From: Caecitellus pseudoparvulus
Taxonomy: Eukaryota; Protista; Bigyra: Bicosoecida
Length of the DNA stretch: 64,000 nt
Assembly (NCBI GenBank): GCA_965644315.1
Contig: CBFFRQ010000095.1
Coordinates: 182,014-246,013 of the forward strand
Reading direction: 5' to 3'
Shown one piece after another: positions 57,725 through 64,000 of the stretch. The notes beneath the pieces are model-generated. The model worked only from the letters and a program-made list of their open reading frames with translations. It was not told the origin of the DNA and did no database searches. Numbering within the stretch: position 1 is the first letter of the stretch; every line of letters begins with the position of its first letter. A program made the position numbers and the translations under genes.

Positions 57725-58215
57725 GGTAGCGTGCACTTGCAGTGTGTGGCTCCTCCTGGTTTGAGCGCGCGGCGCGCCGAGGGGCGGCTGCGGAAATTGA
57801 AAGCACGCACGACCTCACAGCGACCCTCAACCACTCGCTGCCGCAGATGTGCGCAGCGGCAGTGTGACTTGCTCAGGAACTAGAATGTTCAAGCGCTTGA
57901 GTCGCCGTTGCGGGTGAGATCATACGCCAGGTCTTTAATTTTGAGGATAGTGTTGTGAGGTACACGACCGTGGGGCGGCTGGGGGTGCGGCTTTGGGCAC
58001 ACGGTCTAGGATATCTTTGCTCATTGGCTTTTGACTTCCAATCATTCGCCATCTTCGGCGCTACGCAAAATGCAGACCACCAGGTGCAAAAACTTCACTG
58101 GCCGTCGCATGCTCAACTGCTCCCGGGCAGCGTCTGGCAGCCTCTGTTGAGTGGGGTGTGCGTTTCGCATTGGTGAAACTCCACGTGCAGGGCTGCCGCG
58201 GGGTTGTGGGCCACC

Positions 58216-59693
58216 ATGGCGGAGGCATGCCCGGACAAAGCAGACTGCCCTTTTGCCTTTACGTACCAGAACCTAGCGTCGGTGATTCGCGGGTCCCGCG
58301 TTTCTTCCGAAGGCGCTAGCATGTGGGAAATGCGCCTGCCTAACCGCCAGCTTCGCATGACTGCGCCAGTGAACGCCTGTGTTGCGCTGCGGGAAGGCTT
58401 CAAGTGGCCCGCCTCGCAGCCCGCCCTATCGCTTGCAGTTCTGGCCAAGGCAGTGCCAGTGTCCAGCCACCACGCCTCAGTGCCCTTCGAGCATGTCGGG
58501 GTGCGTTGCGGCGCCTGGCGCTGGCGCACCCTTCACCTTGGCGGCGAGAGCACTCCCCGGCAACCCGCCCCCTGCCCCCGCAGTACCTGTCGCCCTCCTG
58601 TGGCTCTGTCTTCTTCAACGTCAACGCACACACCATGACGGACGCCTTCCGTGTGTTCGTGCGGGTCAACGTGTCAACGGGGACTCCGAAACGCAGAGAC
58701 CCCCCTGCGACCCAGGCACAGCCAGCACCCGCCCCAGCACCCCCCCTCACACCCACACCCCCTAGCACCCGCACCCGCACCCGCCCCCAAATCGGAACAG
58801 CAACCTGCCACCCAAGGCTCCGCACCTGCCGCGGCGGGGTCTGAGGGGGGACACCGGCGCCTTCGCCTCCCCCCCCCGCACACCCCAAGTCTCCACCATG
58901 GTCACCGCCTCCACGCCGGCGGGGGGTCACTCCACGGGTGTCCGGGGGCACGCCTTCGCCACCATGGACTGGCACCCACCCCCCTTCGCGGAGGCCTCCT
59001 TCACATCCCTGCCGCTGTCCGATCTGCCCGCTGCCGCCCAGAGCCACGCCACGGAGGCCGTGCGGCTGCTCATCTCCGCCATGCCCCGCCCGCAGCGACG
59101 GGGCAGCAAGTGCGTGGCCATGCGCGGCATCACCTCCACATCACCTCCGCATCACCCCCCATCACCCGCCACCACAGCGCTGCGAGACTGGTGAACCCCC
59201 TGGCGTCGCTGTACGTGGGCGACACTGGCCTGGACAGACTGTTCATGTTCTTGGACAGCATGCTGCAGAAGTGCATTGCCTTGGCTGTCTGTGCGTGCTG
59301 CGTTGCCGACGGTGCAGTGGCCTGCCCCCTCTCACCGAAACACCCCCCCCCCCCTCAGCGATGGAGGCCACTCGGACGGACTTGCACAGCGCAGTGAACG
59401 CCTGCGAGAGCGCACTGGATGCGTTGCTAACGCATGTGCAGATGGTGTTCTTTGATTCGGTCGTCACTAGCGACGTGGAGCTGAAGGCGGAGCGACGCCG
59501 CCTGAACAAGAAAGTGCAGAGTGTGCGGGACAAGTGCGTAGCAAATGCTTGGTGCGGGCTGCTGTGCGCAGCGTGCACGCCGTGTTCGCTGTCGCTGTGC
59601 CACAGGTTTGTCGCGTACGGCACTGCCATGCTGTCAAGCGGCAAGCCCGAGCAGCTGCGTCTGCGGGACATGCCCACTTCGCCGTCCTTCTGA
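58216..59693 (+). CDS. Hypothetical protein with possible C-terminal BAG-like helices; introns 58501-58583, 59110-59177, 59291-59358 and 59534-59605; frameshift in C-runs at about 58700-58880
   Basis: Four GTGCGT...CAG introns in compatible phase; C-terminal FDSVVTSDVELKAERRRLNKKVQ. Confidence 0.55.
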
Positions 59694-59777
59694 GCACGCA
59701 GCGGCCGCGGCAGAGGGGGGAGGGTCTGGGAAAAGGCACAGCACCCGAGGGAAGCACACGCCATGACATTCGCTGCA

Positions 59778-60502
59778 TTACTTGGGCAGGGCGGGGAAAG
59801 GAGCGGCGTCTTTGTAGCAGCGCTTGAACACGGACCCGATGACGAAGTCCACGTCCTCCCCCGCACAGGCCCCCGTGAGCTCGATGCTGAGCTTGGCGCG
59901 GCGCTTGACACAGGCACGCTGCTGCCCCCGCAGGCCGAAAATGCCCCGCCCCCACTCCGCGTCCCACCTGCAGTCCCCGCTCAGGTTCGCTGCTCGAATT
60001 TCCGTGCAGGCGAGGTGGCGGCAGGAGGTGTAGTCCATGTCCACGCGGCAGTGGTCGAAGGCGTGCACCAACTCATGCATGAGCGTGCGCTGGACCGTCT
60101 TGAAGTTGTTCGTGTGCAGGCTGTTCAGCACCACCCGGTTCTCCGCTGGTACGAAGGTGCCGAGGGAGGGCACGCTGGGCATGGGCGCGCACCGTACGAA
60201 GGCTTGGGGCAGGCCACACCCCCGGGAATCCATATCCTTCAGCAAGAAGTTGATGGCAGGCGCTGTGAAGGGCGGGCGCTCGCTGCAGGTGCTTGCAGCT
60301 CAGTCACGTGCGGGCGCCAGGCGGGGACGGTGCCAGGCTGGGGCCCCTGCGGAATTTGCTCCCACGCACACTTTTCAAGCACGCGCTCAGCCATGCCCAT
60401 GCAGCGCTGCTGCTCGTGGGCATACTTCTGCAAGAGGGAGGCATTGTCCAGATCGGCACGCGCACTGTCGGCCCCCGAAGCAGCGCCTGAAGCTGCCGCC
60501 AT
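59778..60502 (-). CDS. ATP23: Mitochondrial inner membrane metalloprotease ATP23 (M76); intron 60263-60369
   Basis: TLMHELVHAFDHCR (HExxH), HLACTEIRAANLSGDC, CVKRRAKLS and VFKRCYKD..PF. Confidence 0.92.
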
Positions 60503-60954
60503 GACCTGCTGGTCGGCACAATACGCAGGCTCGGCCAGCAAGCTGGCTGCGCTGGGGCAGACGCAGCCGGCTCCTCAGAACAGGCAGAGTGTGCGGTCTG
60601 AAAAGGCGAGCAGTCTTTGCAGAGCCTGTGGGGCTTTGGGGGGTGATTGCAAGCCTGCAATTGCCTCTGGTCTGTGACTTTTTGCTGCCGCTGCCTCCTG
60701 CATCCGACGAAGCTGCCTAAAGCAGCCGCCCACCAACAGCCGACGGGGGCAGGGCGCAAGTGAAGCACCACAGCTTTTGCCAGTGGCACAAAATAATATT
60801 CCACCCTACTTTCCTGCGCCTCTCCCGGCAGCTCTCCACGTGGGGCAGGCACAGGCGCACCCCCCTTGCACATGAAGCAGAAAGTGCACTGCAGCTGCAC
60901 TTCACCACGCCATCTTGAAGTGGCGAGAGTGACCTTGCACGGCTGCCTGGGACC

Positions 60955-63900
60955 ATGAGCACAAGCCCACGCACTGGACATGAAGCTGGAGAAAGCGAAG
61001 CCGACCGAGAAGCGGCGGCTGCTGCCGCAGCGGCCGAGCGCTCTGCGAGTTTGTGGGGGCGTTTCAACACGGCCAAGCGGCGTTACGTGGCTGCAGTGCA
61101 AGGTTTACCGCTGCTGGCACGAGTGGCGCCAGGAGTGCTGCCTGCCACTGTGCCAGCAGCCGTGCCCACAAAGGGGAAGGTGAACGTGACACTCTTCTCC
61201 TCCATCACCCGTCCGGAAATGGAGGCCATCACAGAGTTCCGAGTGGCTCGCTCAGCCATCGCGTCGGCACACCGGGCGCTGGTGCGAGGGGGCGAGGCGG
61301 CGCCGGCCAAGGTGTCCCTGGAGGAAGTCCTGGGGGTGCCCCTGCCGCCCCCTGCTGCCCGCATGGCGTACCGCATGGCCAACGTGTCTGCCCCTCTCAT
61401 GCACTGCATGTTCACGGCTCACGGCTTCAAGCCCAGCGGCAACGGGGCCTCCACATTTGGTGGGGAGGCGGCACCCACCTCCGGAGCCATGGACTGGCAC
61501 GCCATGTGGGTGTCGTCGTTTTTGAAGTCCTACGCCTTTCAAGCCCTGCGCCCGGGGCAGGTGGTGAACCAGTTCCCCCGCACCTACGAAGTCACCCGCA
61601 AAGACACACTGGCCCGCAACATCATGCGCATGCAGGAACTGCACGGCGACCGCCACTTCGCCTTCCTCCCAGCCACGTACGTGCTGCCGGCTGACGCGGC
61701 AGCCTTCAACGCCGCCTGTGCACGGGACCCCGACACTGCCTGGATCGTGAAGCCCGCTGCCTCCAGCAAAGGCAAAGGCATCTACATCGCGCGCTGCCCA
61801 GAGGGGTACACGCAGAGAGACCTAGCGCCGGGACCGACGACCCCCCCCGATACCCCCTCCAGCACAGCCCCGACCCCCGCTCGACGCCCGTCGCCCGGCC
61901 GTATCCCCCCTGGCCCTGGCCGCAGCCCAGGCTGCCGCGGCGGCAGCGCGCAGTGCTGGGGAGGACCCCGCCCAGTCGGGCACGGGGTCGCTATCTGAGG
62001 TCGTGAACACGGCGCGCGCCAGCAACAGCGGCTACCGCGTGTCCACTGCCACCATGGGCGGGCCCGAGTTCTTCACGGCTGCCAACCGCCGCGGCATGAA
62101 ACGCACCCCAGCGCACCAGGCACTGCCCTCTGCTCCTGGCATGCCCCCTGGCAGCCCTGGCACGGCTTCAACACCCCTTCTGGGGGAGGGGGTGGCCAGG
62201 GCGGTGGCGGCGGCTGCCGCAGAGGGGCTGCAGGGAGGCGTCGAAGACAACTGCATCGTGAGCCGTTACATCGACGAGCCGGCCCTCGTGGACGGTTTCA
62301 AGTACGACCTGCGCGTGTACGCGGCAGTGACGTCATTCTGCCCGCTCAAGGTGTACATTCACAAGGAAGGCCTGGCGCGTTTCGCGACGGAGCGGTACAC
62401 GCCCGACCCCGCCCAGTACCAGAACAAGTTCGTGCACCTGACAAACTACTCACTGAACAAAGCCTCGTCCAAGTACCAGGCAGGGGACGGCGCAGAGGGC
62501 GCGGGGCACAAGTGGACGCTGTCTGCGCTGCTAGCGCGGCTGCTGCGGGACGGCGTGGACGTGGACGCGATGTGGGGTCGTGTGGAGGAGCTCATCGTGA
62601 AAACGCTCCTGTCCATCGAAGGCAACGTCACCGCTGCCGTGAACATGTTCGTGCCCTGCCCAGCCACGAACTGCTTCCAGCTCTTCGGCTTCGACGTCAT
62701 GATGGACGCAGAGCTGAACCCGTGGCTGCTGGAGGTGAACTTCTCGCCCTCCCTGGCCACTGACTCAGACCTGGACCTGCGAGTCAAGAGCCAGGTGCTG
62801 GCGGACACGCTGAACCTGGTGGGCATGCCCACAGCCACCCCCCCTACACCCCCTTTCACCCGCGGCCGCAGCAAACGACGCGGACGCCGAGCAACCCAGC
62901 CCCCCCCAGCAAGCCCGTGGAAGCCCCCCCACACCCCCCTGCATCTTCCCCGCGGCCCCCTCCTCCTCCTCCCCCACAGCGCAGCGGGGCGTGCCGAAGT
63001 TGACTCTGTCTGGAGTGGGCGGCAGGGCGCAGGGGGGTCAGGGGACGCACAGCCCCCTCGCAGCCAGCGGCGCTGGCGGCGCATGCCGGAGGGGGGGTGG
63101 ACGCCCCCCCTCGCCCCGCCCACTCCCGCAGGCGCCTCCTGCGTGACCACGAGCGCGCACGCGCCCTGGCCCGGTCTGCCAGTACACGCCGTGGGAGGGG
63201 GGGGGACAGGCCCCCTGCAGCCGGCCATGGCCTGTCTGGGCATGAGAGGCCTGCTGTGGATCCCGCAGAGGAGGAGGAGGAGGTGGAGCCTGAGGAGGAG
63301 GAGGAGGTGGGGGGAGATGCCCAGGAGGCGCTGGCCCTGGCCGCTGCCTTGAACGGGGGAGTCCGGGCGGCGCCCAGCACCGCACCCACTGCAAGTGACG
63401 CGCCCGGGCCGCCGCCCTCCACAGCGGAACACATGCGCTGGCTGCGAGCGTTTTACGCGGAGCACTTCCCCCTGGAGGTCACGCTGCCCACGCTCGCTTG
63501 GGCCTCTCACGGGGCCCGGGTGTGGGCGGTGCTGCGGGAAGCACACCCACCCGCCTTTGCCTCCTTCACGGCGAAATACGCAGCCTGCCTGCCCAGCACC
63601 ATTGCACACCCACCAGCTCCATCTGCCGCCTTCCCCACGCCGCTGCCCCTCCCTGGCACCGCTGCTCATGCCCTGCAGGAAGCGGCATCCAGCTCCCCCC
63701 CCCGCATCCTGCCTGCGTCAGTTGACGGCCTGGACGCCACGACTGCTGAGGACTTCGGTACCGCAGTGGCAGCTGGAGAGTATGGGGCTGTGCAGGTGTT
63801 CTTGGAACGCGTGCAGCTGGCCAGTGAGCCGCACAAAGTGCCCGAACGGGTGCGGCGAGCCCTCATTCAGGATCTCTCCGACGAGCACTGGCGCCTGCTG

Positions 63901-64000
63901 TGCTGGCTGGACAGCGAAGGCAGTCGGCGGGGCGGGTACACGCGGGTGTTCCCCACGGCACGTGTCAACGGCATCACGTACAGGCAGTTCTTTGAGGAGG
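60955..64000 (+). CDS. TTLL5: Tubulin polyglutamylase TTLL5/TTLL4-like; runs off the window end; frameshifts in C/G runs
   Basis: QVVNQFPRTYEVTRKD, WIVKPAASSKGKGI, SRYIDEP..GFKYDLRVY, EGLARFAT, HLTNYSLNK and FGFDV..PWLLEVNFSPSL, with RRGGYTRVFP near the window end. Confidence 0.85.

Overview
This is a GC-rich (visually about 65-70%), very compact eukaryotic nuclear window with about 29 protein-coding genes and many short GT-AG introns (64-113 nt, donor often GTGCGT). The intron style and the flagellar genes (CFAP210-like, TTLL5-like) suggest a flagellated protist, possibly a stramenopile; that assignment is inference only. Most genes are housekeeping: a diverged FANCI, GBP-like GTPase, TBC1D20-like RabGAP, OGFOD3, AN1 zinc finger, TPR/Mlp1, CDK11-like kinase, PCF11, dynactin p62, RCC1-repeat protein, TFIIE-alpha, U2AF65, a pseudo-calpain, an RNI-like LRR protein, GH32, ELOVL, HUS1, cyclophilin, ATP23 and TTLL5. 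I rebuilt exon structures by hand because the ORF track ignores introns. Several conserved genes are frameshifted inside G/C homopolymer runs, most likely from assembly errors. The most notable observations are: (i) a recurrent, orientation-independent TGCGGAAATT/AATTTCCGCA motif near start codons and in 5' introns; (ii) a compositionally distinct, intron-free island (about 45.4-51.7 kb) with a palindrome-rich non-coding block and a VLR-like LRR / Cys-rich / mucin / multi-TM receptor; (iii) convergent genes whose stop codons nearly touch or overlap; (iv) a GH32 with no in-frame ATG and an inserted PAN/apple module; (v) several proteins with altered catalytic or regulatory residues. I recognised no rRNA, tRNA, CRISPR array or transposase, and I cannot claim a confirmed new biological system.
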